Of a stretch of 42,283 nucleotides of DNA, positions 24,644 through 36,286 are shown in pieces. Both the position numbers and the translations under genes were made by a program. This DNA is from Octopus sinensis. Taxonomy: Eukaryota. The stretch is from positions 1 to 42,283 of the forward strand of contig NW_021835204.1 in assembly GCF_006345805.1 (NCBI RefSeq), written 5' to 3'. Numbering within the stretch: the stretch's first letter is position 1; every line of letters starts with the position of its first letter. The notes under the pieces are model-generated. The model was not told the DNA's origin, searched no databases, and saw only the letters and a program-made list of their open reading frames with translations.

Positions 24644-26057
24644 CAGTGGTTCTCAACCTGGGGTCCGCGAAAGATTCCAGGGGGTCCGCGAGATTTTTCT
24701 GAAACTTTATTTAAATGTTTCTATTTAATGATAACAATTTTAAATTAATATATAATAGAATTAAATCATAATTAATAATATCTCTTTTAGATATATTATA
24801 AATTAATATATTTTAATATTCAATAATACTGAGGGGGCTAAATAAATTAATATATTTTAATATTCAATAATACTGAAGAGGCTAAATTACTTTAAAGCTG
24901 AATGTAACTCAATTATTTATAAAAATCGTATATATATATTTATTTTTTAGTAAAAGTTAATAAAATTTTTAAGCACGCTATTGATATGAATTCCTCGAAT
25001 GTTGTTAAGATACGCAAATATAATCCTGATTATATAAAATATGGGTTTATTTGTATTGATTAAGATGGATTTGAAAGCCCAAAATGTGTTGTGTGCATGA
25101 AAATTCTGTCACACAATAGCATGAAACCAACAACTCTTGTGAGACACTTGCGCACATGTCATCCCCATCTAATCCACAAAAATAAGGATTATTTTATTTC
25201 TTTGCGTAAAATGATGAAAAATCAAGTATTGACTCGTTTCATACAAACTTTGCTTTCTGATAATTCCATGCTATTAGCATCTTACATGATCTCATTACGT
25301 ATAGCGAAAGAAAAGAAACCTCATAATATTGCCGAAAAACTGATTCTTCCTTGTTGTAAAGACATAGTACGTACTCTTATTGGCACTTATGCTGAAAATA
25401 TGATTTCGGAAATACCATTATCGAATGATACTGTTCATCGACGAATTTCTGAAATGTCAGAAAATATTAAGTGTCAGGTTATTGATATTATATTATTTAT
25501 TTCAGGTGGTAGAACAAAATAAATACTTTCCAGAATTGAACGAAATTGATTTGAAATTCATTCGTACACCATTCAGTGTTGATCCACGTTTGGTCGATGA
25601 AAATATCGAAGAGGCTTTTATTGACATGATCAATAATTTAAACGCAAGAGATTTGTATGAAAAACTTGTTTTATCAAGATTTTGGTGCGAAATGTGTAAG
25701 CATTATCCTTCCGTAAGCGCAAATGCATTAAATTTGTTGCTTATATTCCCGACAACATATTTATGCGAACATGGCTTCTCAGCACTTCTCAATATAAAAA
25801 ATAATCATCGCGCAAGACTGAATATTAAAGATGACATCAGGGTTTGCTTGTCGACAACCGAGCCTCTTATTGAAAAAATTGCCTCGAAAAAACAATATCA
25901 ACCTTCTCACTAATTTTCTCTATTGATTTAGTAATAAATTTTGTTTTTAGATAAGTAAAATTTTTTTGACAAAAAACTTAATAAATATGTAGGGGGTCCG
26001 CGAAATTTTTTATTTACTCACAAGGGGTCCGCGGACAAAAAAGGTTGAGAACCACTG
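24644..26057 (+). mobile_element. hAT Buster/Charlie-type element (ZBED5-like transposase), internal-deletion derivative
   Basis: TIRs are CAGTGGTTCTCAACC / GGTTGAGAACCACTG with a perfect 8-bp TSD ATTTAAGC. The N-terminus has a BED finger (RKYNPDYIKYGF...CVVC...MKP..L.RHL) and KKPHNIAEKLILP...IPLSNDTVHRRI. The C-terminus has a dimerization domain (FPTTYLCEHGFS...QPSH*). The DDE core is missing, and there is a TAA at 25061-25063. Confidence 0.93.
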
Positions 26058-26155
26058 ATTTAAGCCTTTAAAATAAAAAAATAACAAAAAGAGTGCATAA
26101 GACAAAAGAAAGTGCAAAGATCAAAGACTTAATTGATGTATTTTTATTTAAAAAA

Positions 26156-26603
26156 TTATAGTTTATATGGGACATTATCGAGTTGAATGTTTTCAATAAA
26201 CGTGGTAATGTCAAGGACATGGTTCAGCAAGTTCTCGGCCTTTGAACATTCGATCAGAAGTTTGTCAGCCAAATCTTTATTAGTTTTCTCAAGTTGAATG
26301 ATTTTCTCATTCTACAATCATTTTAATGTGGTAAACCTGCGGAAGAATTTCTATTTCTTGTGGGAGCGATTCAATTAAATTATTTATGTCGTGGGTAAGT
26401 CGTGTGATCTGTTTACTATAAAGTTCAGGGTAATCTTCAGATTCGGATGCTTTTGGAGAGATAGAACCGTCTAAAGGAACTGGACTGGATGTTTGTTGTA
26501 TTATCCCTACACTATTTGTAAATAGTTCTCCCAGCTTGTTACAGTGATTATAAATAACAACCATGTTTATACATTCCTGCAGCTGAGTTACACGATCGGC
26601 CAT
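26156..26603 (-). CDS. MED21: Mediator subunit 21
   Basis: Reads MADRVTQLQECINM-LGELFTNSVGIIQQ...INNLIESLP, with 27- and 25-nt introns and a stop at 26156-26158. Confidence 0.93.
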
Positions 26604-26920
26604 CAACACGAAGATATTCGGATTATTTATTAGATAAAATTATTTTATATTCATTATATTAACAAATAAAAAAATATCAATTACAAAAACTTAATCAGAA
26701 ATCTTGGTTCAAGGTTAATGCAACAGACTGGCCATAGGTATCGAGTGGCTTATGTGACATATTCAACAACGGAAGATATTTCTTTTTATAAATAAGTTAT
26801 TAACAGCGATAATATAATGCGGATGGCTGAGTGACGAATAACTTTGCTTTAAAATCTTAAAATTTTAAAGAAGTGTATTATATCTCCCAAAATGGTGACC
26901 ATATATCTCAAACTGCAAAA

Positions 26921-28102
26921 ATGAAAAACAATTCTTTAGGTATTTTGGGTTTGACCTATATTTTCGGTATAAATTATAATTCTTCGTTAACTTTTAATGC
27001 TACGAAGTATGTTGTTCATTATAAGTTTCTTTGGTTTAATTTCTGGTATTTTTTACTTAAATTATATATGAGGTGATCTTGTTCTGAATATTGACTTTGG
27101 AAATGTCCCGGTATGAAAGTATTGAAGTTAATATACTTAGGAAAATCAAATCGATATTATTGAAAATGTAAAATAATTAGATTATATATTAAGGCCCTTC
27201 TACCTTCACTGAAGATTAATGAGGTCGAAGCAAATTCATCAATTGAGCACTTAACGATCAGAATAGTGTATATATTGTAATTAACATATTTAGTAATTCT
27301 TCAAATCCAACAGTAAATATAACTAATTTAAATATTCAAAAAACAAATGAAAAAGTTAAGTTGTTTAATGTGAAATAGTCGTAGGTATATTTTGGAAAAA
27401 TCATCTATCAATTATTGCATTTTATAGGGCTTTTGGATAGCCAGAATTCTTGGAATGTGATGAATAATAGCGAATCGTTAATAATTTTGTTTTATATTTT
27501 AGTAATCGAATATTATCCAAAGAACAGTCTCTATATTGCCATAATTTAAAATTTAATGAAACTCTCCATAATAAAATTCCATGGATTGCCAGTTCAAACA
27601 ACTCCGGTATTATTTGAAAATATGAATAATATTTTTAGCGATCCACTTTACAAGACATACAACTAAAAAAACCACAAAACCTAGTACAAAGTCTACAACT
27701 AAAAAAACCACAAAACCTAGTACAAAGTCTACAACGAAACAAACCACAAAACCTAGTACAAATTCTACAACTGCGAAAAGTCAGAAAACTAAAAAAACTA
27801 CGAACAAAGTAATTAATAAAAATGTAAAAACAGACTTTGACAACGGGCCACACTATACAAACAAACAAAATAAATGATTCTACGTTGGCCAAAATATCAA
27901 TTCAAAAGGGTAAATATTATTGCAAAAAATCAATATAGTTAAAAAAACAGTTCTCAACATATTGTATATTATCCCAATTATTAATTTGGTTGCAATCATT
28001 ATCATTATAATTGGAATGACCTTTGGAAAAAAACTCAAAAATCATCAGCAAGATGAGTTATTGTATTTGAAAATATTTATATTTCTAGCCAAAAATTTCT
28101 AG
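26921..28102 (+). CDS. single-pass membrane protein with Thr/Lys-rich mucin-like stalk, unknown family
   Basis: The N-terminus is hydrophobic (MKNNSLGILGLTYIFG). Introns of 32, 25 and 29 nt join NRILSKEQSLYC...TTKKTTKPSTKS x3...KKTVLNILYIIPIINLVAIIIIIIGMTFGKK (TM followed by a basic stop-transfer segment). The 5' exons are uncertain. Confidence 0.55.
27659..27772 (+). repeat. 36-bp coding tandem repeat x3
   Basis: The unit acaactaaaaaaaccacaaaacctagtacaaagtct encodes TTKKTTKPSTKS. Confidence 0.9.
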
Positions 28103-28879
28103 ACAGTTAAATAACTCTAAATACTAATTCAACAATTCTGGTATTTAAAATAACACGTTCGTAACCTTATTTAATTTTTTTCGCTGCTGTTAAGTTTAGT
28201 AGCAACTCGTATATTAATGGCGATTGCGACTAAATTCGTGATATCTTCTGAAGTAAATCAAAATTTGCGAAAAACCTTCTATTTTTGATGTGGAAAAAAC
28301 CCGATGACGAAAACATGATATCTATATTTGATTCAAATTGACTTAAGTTAATCTAACTTCAATGTAAAGAGAATAATTTTTAGAAATCAACTTTAAAATC
28401 TTTTAAAAGAAACTTTTAAATAAAGAATTAATAGCTACAAACTGCTAAAATTGTCGGTCTCTGTGAGGTTTATAGTTTAATTTTATTTTCATTGATCAAA
28501 AGACCAGGGTAAGCCAGTTAATTATGATCCCCAGTGATCCCCGATTCATGCAAGCGAAGTAGATCTTTTCTGAAAGGTTCGAACCTGCCCACAATGATCG
28601 GACTGAGACGAAGATGTCCCAGGGTCAGAAGTCCTTTTTCGGTAGGTAGGCATGTGAGGTGTATAGTTCGATAAAAATTGGTTTTAAAATGAATTTTATA
28701 TGATTTTCATATTTTTGTTTGTGTTGATTCACAGGTTGAACAGAAATTTTATAAATTTTATGGCCCATGGGTACATATTCTTCAATTTTGTAGTCGAAAT
28801 TAAGTATGTGCAGTAGACTAAAAGGTCATCACTTAACAAATGTACCTGTATTTAACATCATCTTTATGTAAAAGTTCAA

Positions 28880-29745
28880 GAATACACCCAAATTTGTGCT
28901 TCGTATCTTGGGAAAACTATTCAATGCCAGTTAGGACAATGGTCATGTCCCAACTGACTGGAAACGGGAAATCGTCCGAATGATCTCAAAACCCGGAAAC
29001 CGAATACGCGGTCAGGAAGCTATAAAACAATTAGGCTTATCTGCACAACCTCAAAGATAATGGAAACAATCATTTTCAATCGTTTATCGGCTTAAGTTAA
29101 GCAAAATAATATACTTGCGAAACAACAGTGGGGATTTAGACCTGGCCGATCAACCGGTCACTGTTTTTCGCTTTTTGAGAAAGAACTGTCTCGGGCCAAA
29201 CTTGTTTAACGGTGGTTTGCTTGGATGTTTGCGAGGTCTTTGGAGTGTCTGGCACTTTGGGCTGTTAGAGAAAGTGGCAGAATTGAATGCTAAGCTGAAA
29301 ACCGTCAGATGGCTAGAGAATTTCTTTGTGAAAATTTCCTATCGAACCCCGTAAATCTGAGAAAGAAAGGTTCCTCGGGGATCAGTTCTCAGCTCCTTGC
29401 TCTTCAATATATTTCTGGCCGACGTCCCGAAACCGCATTTTCCTACGAGCAGACTAATTATTTACGCGGACGATATCTTGGTTAGGGATTTCTCAATATT
29501 GGGATTCCGACACAGAACGAGGTTTTCTCGAAGCAGACTAGAACCGTACTTGGAGGAACTAGAAATCTGATTTATTAGATTTCGATGATTAATGACAAAA
29601 AACCGACTTTCAAAAATTATGGGAACCTACAAAGAACCTACGCTACTTGAGAGTAACAATAGACACCGCCGGGTCCTCAAACTATATGTGGCCGCAAAGC
29701 GTAAACAATGTGCGGATTCTAAAAGTACTAAAATGTTTCCGTAAT
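28880..29745 (+). mobile_element. decayed LINE reverse-transcriptase fragment
   Basis: Motifs are LGKLFNAS...VPTDWK..IV.MI.KPG, GFRPGRST, VPRGSVLSSLLFNIFLADVP, IIYADDILV and LRYL.VTID, with frameshifts. Confidence 0.85.
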
Positions 29746-30166
29746 TAAACGACAATTAGTATTTAGTTGACAATACGGACCTGTATTTAGTTCGAAAAAA
29801 TTGAATTAGCCAATGTTTGTTTCGATGTCACCTTATAGGCATATGTCATGTCCGGGCTCTTGTTAGGATAGTTTTTTGCGTTTTTCTTAAAAAATCTCCA
29901 TGTAGGTGAGTTATGATAAATCGACTCACATCAGCCGGCAAATCTGTTTGTCCTTTAGTGCTTCAAGCAAATAAAACAAAGATTCAAATAAAACTTTTAT
30001 TCATGTGCTGATAAAAATTTTCTGTGATTTTCTGTGAGATTTTTATAACTATTTCAATGGATTTTTTTGCTGGATTATTGTTTGTAAAAATGTAAAATCT
30101 TTCTTATAAATATTTCAAGATTATAAAAAGAATTTATTTAATGAAAACCAAGAGTGAAATAAAAAT

Positions 30167-31503
30167 TCAAATTCCATTTGTACATATATCTAAATATATG
30201 ACATTATATATACATGTTTTTGGCTCAGATATTTCGACGTTTCTAGTTACTTGAAAGTACTTTGGCGGAGGACGCTCTTTTAAATAATTGAAAACTCCAC
30301 ATTTCATAATTATAACAATCACAACTAAGACGACCAGGATAATAAGAGCAGTTATTATAATCACAATTGAAGGAAAATTAATTTGTATATAATTGGGGCA
30401 AGATTCGCCCCCACAATCAATTTTTAAATGACATTTTTTCCCAGAATATCCAGAAAAACATTTGCATGTGAAATTATAGATTTCGTTGTTAGCACATATT
30501 CCATTTTTACAAGGTTTATATTTTTCACAATAATCATTTGCTATGTAAAATTTAATTTCAAAATACAATACAGTTTTGATGAATAAATATATCACATTTG
30601 TCTCCTTCAAAATGTAAATAACAGTCACATCTTTCCGGGACAATACATTTTCCGTGGATACATCCTCGGTTGCAGACAGCTATTTGAAATATATATTAAT
30701 TTTAATAGTATTTTTAAAATTATAGAAATCGACATTGTCTACTACTAATGCAGTACAAGTGGATCTCATTATTTTTTAAAATAATCGCTAATGAGTTGGA
30801 AATTAATTAAGTCTAAAATAAGCAAACTCTCAGATTTAACTTTCAAATCTTAAAAAAATAATATACAAAAGTGCACTAATTAATATGTACTTCAAATAAA
30901 TTATAATTACTCAACCAACCTTCATTGCATGTGGGTCCTTTCCATCCGGTGGGACATGATGGATTTTTTTCTTCATTTTTTAATTTATTACAATGTCTTC
31001 CCAGGTATTTTTGCTGGCACAAAATGCGAAACTTGTACATAAAATATTTGTTGTCAAAAACTTTCCAAGACTCACCAAAAATTAATAAATGGGAGAATGA
31101 TGTTTCAAAAACTAGGAAATGATTTTAAATTACTGAATACTGTCGTCTTTCCGAGATTCTTTATACAATCTTATATTTTGCTGGATGTATTTCTAATTTA
31201 TTTAAAAAAATTTTAAATACCGTGTCACTTACTGTAAATTCTTTTGACATAACATCTCCCGGGTCTGACAAATGAAGAGAAGATGAAAATCTTCCAGCGT
31301 CTTTCCCGTCTTGAAATCGCAAATTCACAGAGATTGTATATGGAGTATTTATGCCCTTCTCGGTTTCCACAAGTTTTGATTTGAATCCAGTTATTTCAAA
31401 AATATAGTGAAATTGACTTTCTCTAGTCTTAAATATAAGTTGTAAGCATCATAACCAGAAAGAATATATAACATATTAAAAGTAATTCAGAGCGGATTTT
31501 CAT
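30167..31503 (-). CDS. DLL: Delta/Serrate-like Notch-ligand homolog, reduced: signal peptide, MNNL-like region, truncated DSL, 2 EGF, TM
   Basis: The signal peptide is MKIRSELLLICYIFFL. The DSL-like segment is YKFRILCQQKYLGRHC...CPTGWKGPTC. It is followed by a Delta-EGF1/DOS-like AVCNRGCIHGKCIVPERCDCYLHFEGDKC, then EGF CEKYKPCKNGIC...FTCKCFSGYSGKKC and TM IVIIITALIILVVLVVIVIIM. Introns are 28, 28, 29, 240 and 31 nt, plus a possible 24-nt one. Confidence 0.7.
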
Positions 31504-32904
31504 TACTTCAAAGTTCGATTAAACGAGAATAATAAAAAGAACGCACTTTTATTTTATATGCAAATTACATGCCGTTGATACTCTTATGTAAAAAATTAAT
31601 TATTTTTAATTGAAATGATTACGTGGATTAAAATTTAACATATTTTAGTAAATTTCACAAGTTAAAGTCGCGCTTTATTGTCCATATAAAAATCCTACTG
31701 AGAAGAACCTAAAGAACTACCGCCAAAAAAGAATGCGTCAATATTTTTATGCGCTAATTAAACTAAGTACAAGAAATTAATTGCTAAATACTTTTATGAA
31801 AATAAGTAATAAAAAGGCATGCCGCTTAGAATTTCGGCTTACAATAAATCGCTCTCGACTAAATGTACTTTTAGAGTAATTAAGACATTAACCAGAACAT
31901 ATACTTTTCGTTAATGCTTTTGTTCTCGGATTAACTGACAAAAATGATAATGCTAGTTTATGGTATCTAATCGTAATAAGACACGAATTATTGACACGAC
32001 ATCAATCAGCTAATGTCTGAACCGTTTACATTTGTTAAAACATTTGTGGTTTCAAACTATAAAATTATACTTTTGTATGGCTTTAAAGTCAAAATATTCA
32101 CTTAATTAAATAATCTATTTATCGAAATGATGTTCTAGTATGAAATCACAAATATACAGAATAACACTAAATTTTCTAGATTTTTTAAATTTGAATACAA
32201 ACCAGTTATTCATTAGTGGAGATTAATTATTATCTTTGATTAAAACACTAAATAATTTAATATACGGAAATTATTATCTTTACTACGGAAAATTAATTCA
32301 CAGAAAAAATCTAATTCGAATAATTGAATTGGGCGTCATAATCTAAAATCTGTGGAGATAAGAAAGTTACATGAATATGGTAATCTAATCACAATTTATT
32401 CACTAGGCTAGGCGAAAATTTGCCGATTGTATTTAACTGGGATAGATTGTTTCGTATTCTTTGAGAAATATATGAACCTTTTCAGGATAAAAAAGCTTCT
32501 AAGCATTATTCAGACTGTTAGTTTGAAGAATAAACTAGAGAGCATGATCTTAGAATAAAACTTTGATTTCAAAATATATCTTACTCAGCAAACAAATTTA
32601 CCCGAGAATACAAATCAATGAAAAGACTGAAAATTCTATAATTGAAGATGGGGACAAATAAAGATGGGGAAATAGCAAAGAATGGTGAGAAAAAGAGTAC
32701 GTGTGTAAATTTGGCTGGGCTGCTGAGTAGCAAAAATTATTCAAAAAGAAAATTAATTAGTTTAAATATTATATACATAACAGAATAGAATAATGTCTCA
32801 TAAATTGATGTTTTAACTTAGATTAATTTTATATTAACTCGCAATTATTTTTTTACGTTATTAGTAGAAGAGTGATTCTACAAATAATTATTATTTAACT
32901 AATT

Positions 32905-33475
32905 ATGTTTAAAACTACTAATGATCGAAAAGACGTTGGCCCTCAGGATCGCAATGGAGATTCCTTAGAACAGTTATTGCTTCTCCCGAGGCTCTCGACG
33001 TCTTCTGGAGATCAGTTGCCAGATTCTCCAAACGAGTTCCAGAGATTTGTTGGTCATGGCTCAACGGAGATTGGGGAAAAAATCACGTTGTCCGTCAGGT
33101 TAAAGTATTTCGAGATTTTAAGTTCTTCAGCCTTTTTAGCGGCTGATCATAGACTGATTGCCGAGTCGACTAAATTTATCTTCGAGAAAATGTCCGTGCA
33201 CGTAGAGTCCCATGCGATGCATTTCCCATTAATCCACGGAAAAGCGGCGACTCAATCAGGGCGTTTCCCTTCTCCGCGGCCAAACTCAACAGGTTCCAGA
33301 TCGGTAGGGAAACCAGCAGTTTGTAACGCAGCCGAAATGATCTCGTTGATGGCGAAGTGTCTAGGTGCACGGCCAGCACTCCTTCTGCATGATAGGGGGT
33401 TGTAATCCTTTGGTATCGACTTTACTACCACATCGGAATTGGTCCCCGAGTAGACATTAAGACCCAAGCGGATGT
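32905..33475 (-). mobile_element. 3' fragment of a second CRE-clade non-LTR retrotransposon (RLE domain), decayed
   Basis: Reads RLGL...NPLSCRRSAGRAPRHFAINEII..AL..AGFP..LEP...GEGKRPD*...KCIAWDSTC. It is homologous to, but diverged from, the 18-20 kb element. Confidence 0.85.
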
Positions 33476-33947
33476 GATAAAATACTACAAAAATAATGTA
33501 ATATTTGTTATTTTAACAAAAACTAACAAATATTATTATGCCAGCCTGTCTCACTCATTCTCAATTTTAAATGCGATATTTTTAGTTTATGTGGGATTTT
33601 TAACTATATTTTAAGAGGCTTCACGAGTTATTTAGAACAAATGACAAAGCATAAGTTGAAAAACATTTTATTATGCCATATTGAATAGCCCTCAATACTG
33701 TATGCCGAAATGTCTGATTCAGTCGTAGTATGTATTTTAAAAGGGTTTATCACAATTTTATGACATGCATAATTAGAAGTCCAACTAAAAAGAAGAAGTC
33801 GTGTTTGTGACTGTAGCTAATTTTTTTGCGCAATCGTGTTTTCTTTCAGACAGTAACAAGATAAGAGCGAACTTAACTCGTGTTAATTAACAGGCAATTA
33901 TCCAATTATTTATAAATGAAATTATATTTGCGAATCAATTTTTATGT

Positions 33948-35582
33948 ATGGATTGGAAGAATTTATTTCTAGTTATTTTAAGTACTTGTTTAATGTGAAA
34001 TTATTCAGGCTTTAGTTCGACTAATTCAAATGCTGAAAATATGTTAATAGCAAAATTAATGGGAAATTACAAAGAAATTGGGATTCTTGGGAGGCCGGTC
34101 AAGCATTCCAAAGAAGTCATGCACGTTTTTCTAAATCTATTTCTAACACAAATTCTGGATCTCGACGAACATGCGCAAATCCTCACAACAGTCATGATTA
34201 CTGAAATGGTGAGATAAGTGAACTTATTATATAAAGACATGGACAGATTATGCTCTTACATGGGATCCACAATTATTCAACAATATCACAACACTGAGGA
34301 TTCCCTCGGAAAATATTTGGATTCTTGATTTGCGGCTTTACAACATGTTCTTGTTTATTTTACATATTAAAGCGCTGACGACCGTCTGGATGAAAGAAGA
34401 CCGGCGTTAGCTACAGTTAGCTATAATGGAACAGTCAAGTGGTATCCGTCGTCCACTTATCGGAGCTATTGCTTGATGCATATGACATATTTCCCATTTG
34501 ACATTCAAAACTGTTCAATGAAATTTGGCTCATGGACGTACGATTCAAAATATATTATTTTGCATTTCAAAAATCAAGAAAATAAAATTCACTTGGATAG
34601 TTATATAGATAACAATCAATGGAAAATACTTTCCAACATTGGTTATAGACATTTCATGAGGTTCCAGTCGCTTTAATATATTAGTTATACGTGTTGTGGC
34701 AACTCTACATTTGTTGATTTAACATATTCAATGATACTACAGCGAAGGTCAGAGTTCTATAACTATAAATTACTCTTTCCATGTATTCTTCTTTCCATGT
34801 TAACAATGATTACCTTTTGGTTGCCTCCCTGGTCATCTGCAAAAGTTATATTTGGTACCCCTTTGTTCTTATCGTGAATAGGTATAAATATTTTTGTGGC
34901 ATTTTCTGCACTATTGCTCATTCTCGAAGAGTCTATCCCCAAAACATCGACTACTCCAATCATCGGTAGTTGTGTAAATTTGACATGAAAGTTGAATATT
35001 TCGCTATCAGCATGTTCACAATTGCCTTTTCTTCTTTTCTGGCCGCAATCATTTCAAATATTTATATGAGTGAAAGAGAGACAAAAATTCCTCGTTACTT
35101 AAAAATAGTCTGCCGTGTTTAAAAACAATAGATATTAATTGATTTCATTGGAAAAAAGCTTCTCTTTATGAACCTGGATTTTCAGAAAATTCAATATAGT
35201 TTGGTTAAAGAAACTAAAAAATATCCTAATGAATCTATAAAGTATAAATCAAGATTCAAAGAAGCACTGGAACGTGTAAAAATTTTATTTTTAATTATTT
35301 TAGAAACGTGAAAAAATTAAAAAAATTAATGATTACTTTGCTTCAAAGTCCAACGATTTAGCTAATGATATAAATCAAGAAATATGTAGCGAGATACAAG
35401 AAATTTCTACACTCATAAAAGAAATTATTAAAAATGCAACAAAACAAAATAACTTGTATCATGAAAAATGCGAATGGAAACAACTGGCTTTGGTAGTAGA
35501 CAGAATATGTTTTATTGCATATTTTTTTACGCTTACGTGTCAGATCGCCGTAACTTTTTTGAGCATAAAATATTCTACCTAA
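33948..35582 (+). CDS. nicotinic acetylcholine receptor alpha-type subunit (Cys-loop LGIC)
   Basis: It has a signal peptide, Cys-loop CLMHMTYFPFDIQNC, loop B FGSWTY, vicinal cysteines YTCC, M1 LFPCILLSMLTMITFWLPP, M2 SAKVIFGINIFVAF and M4 EWKQLALVVDRICF. Eight introns of 24-28 nt restore frame. Confidence 0.93.
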
Positions 35583-36286
35583 TCGATTTAATTAATCTTT
35601 GATTAAGTACAGTTTTTTTTGCTTTGATTCGTGTATTTAGCTAATGATGAGAATCGATTGACTAATTAATTTATTTGTTTGTGAATTTCTACAAAAATAG
35701 ACCGAGACCATTTTATGAACTTAAATTAGTTGTTGATAATTTGCAATATTGAATAAATTTTCTAGTTAGTTGTTTAGTTAAAAGCTCAGGCGCGTTGCCT
35801 AAACCGAGTTGAGTTCCGCTTGAGTTATGAATCGACAATCATCTTGTCCTCAATTTCCAGGACCTGTTGTTCCTGGCTTGCATTCGAATATCTTGTAGGT
35901 CATCTCGGATTCAAGCTTTTCCGTGATCATTCGATAGTCTTTTTGGAAGCTTACTATATTATGCATCTCTGCCTCCTACATAACGCAGGCCTTCCATTCA
36001 CCCATAGCGAGATTGCATAATGTTTCGCAATTTAGCCTGAAGGAATGTCCAAATATTATTTATTTTGACTCTAAAATCTAGACCTATTGGTTTTGTCACT
36101 TTCATTTATGTGTTCCAGATTTTTGAAGAAGACGGTAGCAAGCATTTTTATTTTACTAATATCCCCTGAGTCCTCAATTAATAAATTTTACTGTATTTAA
36201 TTTATTATGTAGTTTAAAAATATTTTTTTTTAAGGATCCCTGTAATTTTATAATTTCCATGGATTATTATAAGTTATGTTTTAATT

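Noticed and set aside
27635-27892. Minus-strand ORF with CxxC repeats (CRLCTRFCGFFS) resembling a metal-binding protein
   Set aside because: It is the antisense shadow of the plus-strand Thr/Lys repeat exon, which has splice sites and a downstream TM.
28576-28585. GGTTCGAACC B-box/T-loop-like motif suggesting a tRNA or SINE
   Set aside because: No pairing T-stem, acceptor stem or convincing A-box on either strand.
1-31503. DMXL (needed for V-ATPase-dependent Notch signalling) and a Delta-like ligand in the same window as a functional cluster
   Set aside because: They are about 22 kb apart with many unrelated genes between; chance in a compact genome is sufficient.
35790-36160. Coding-like minus-strand segments (EAEMHNIVSFQKDYRMITEKLE...)
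   Set aside because: I could not build a stop-free splice model or recognise a family.
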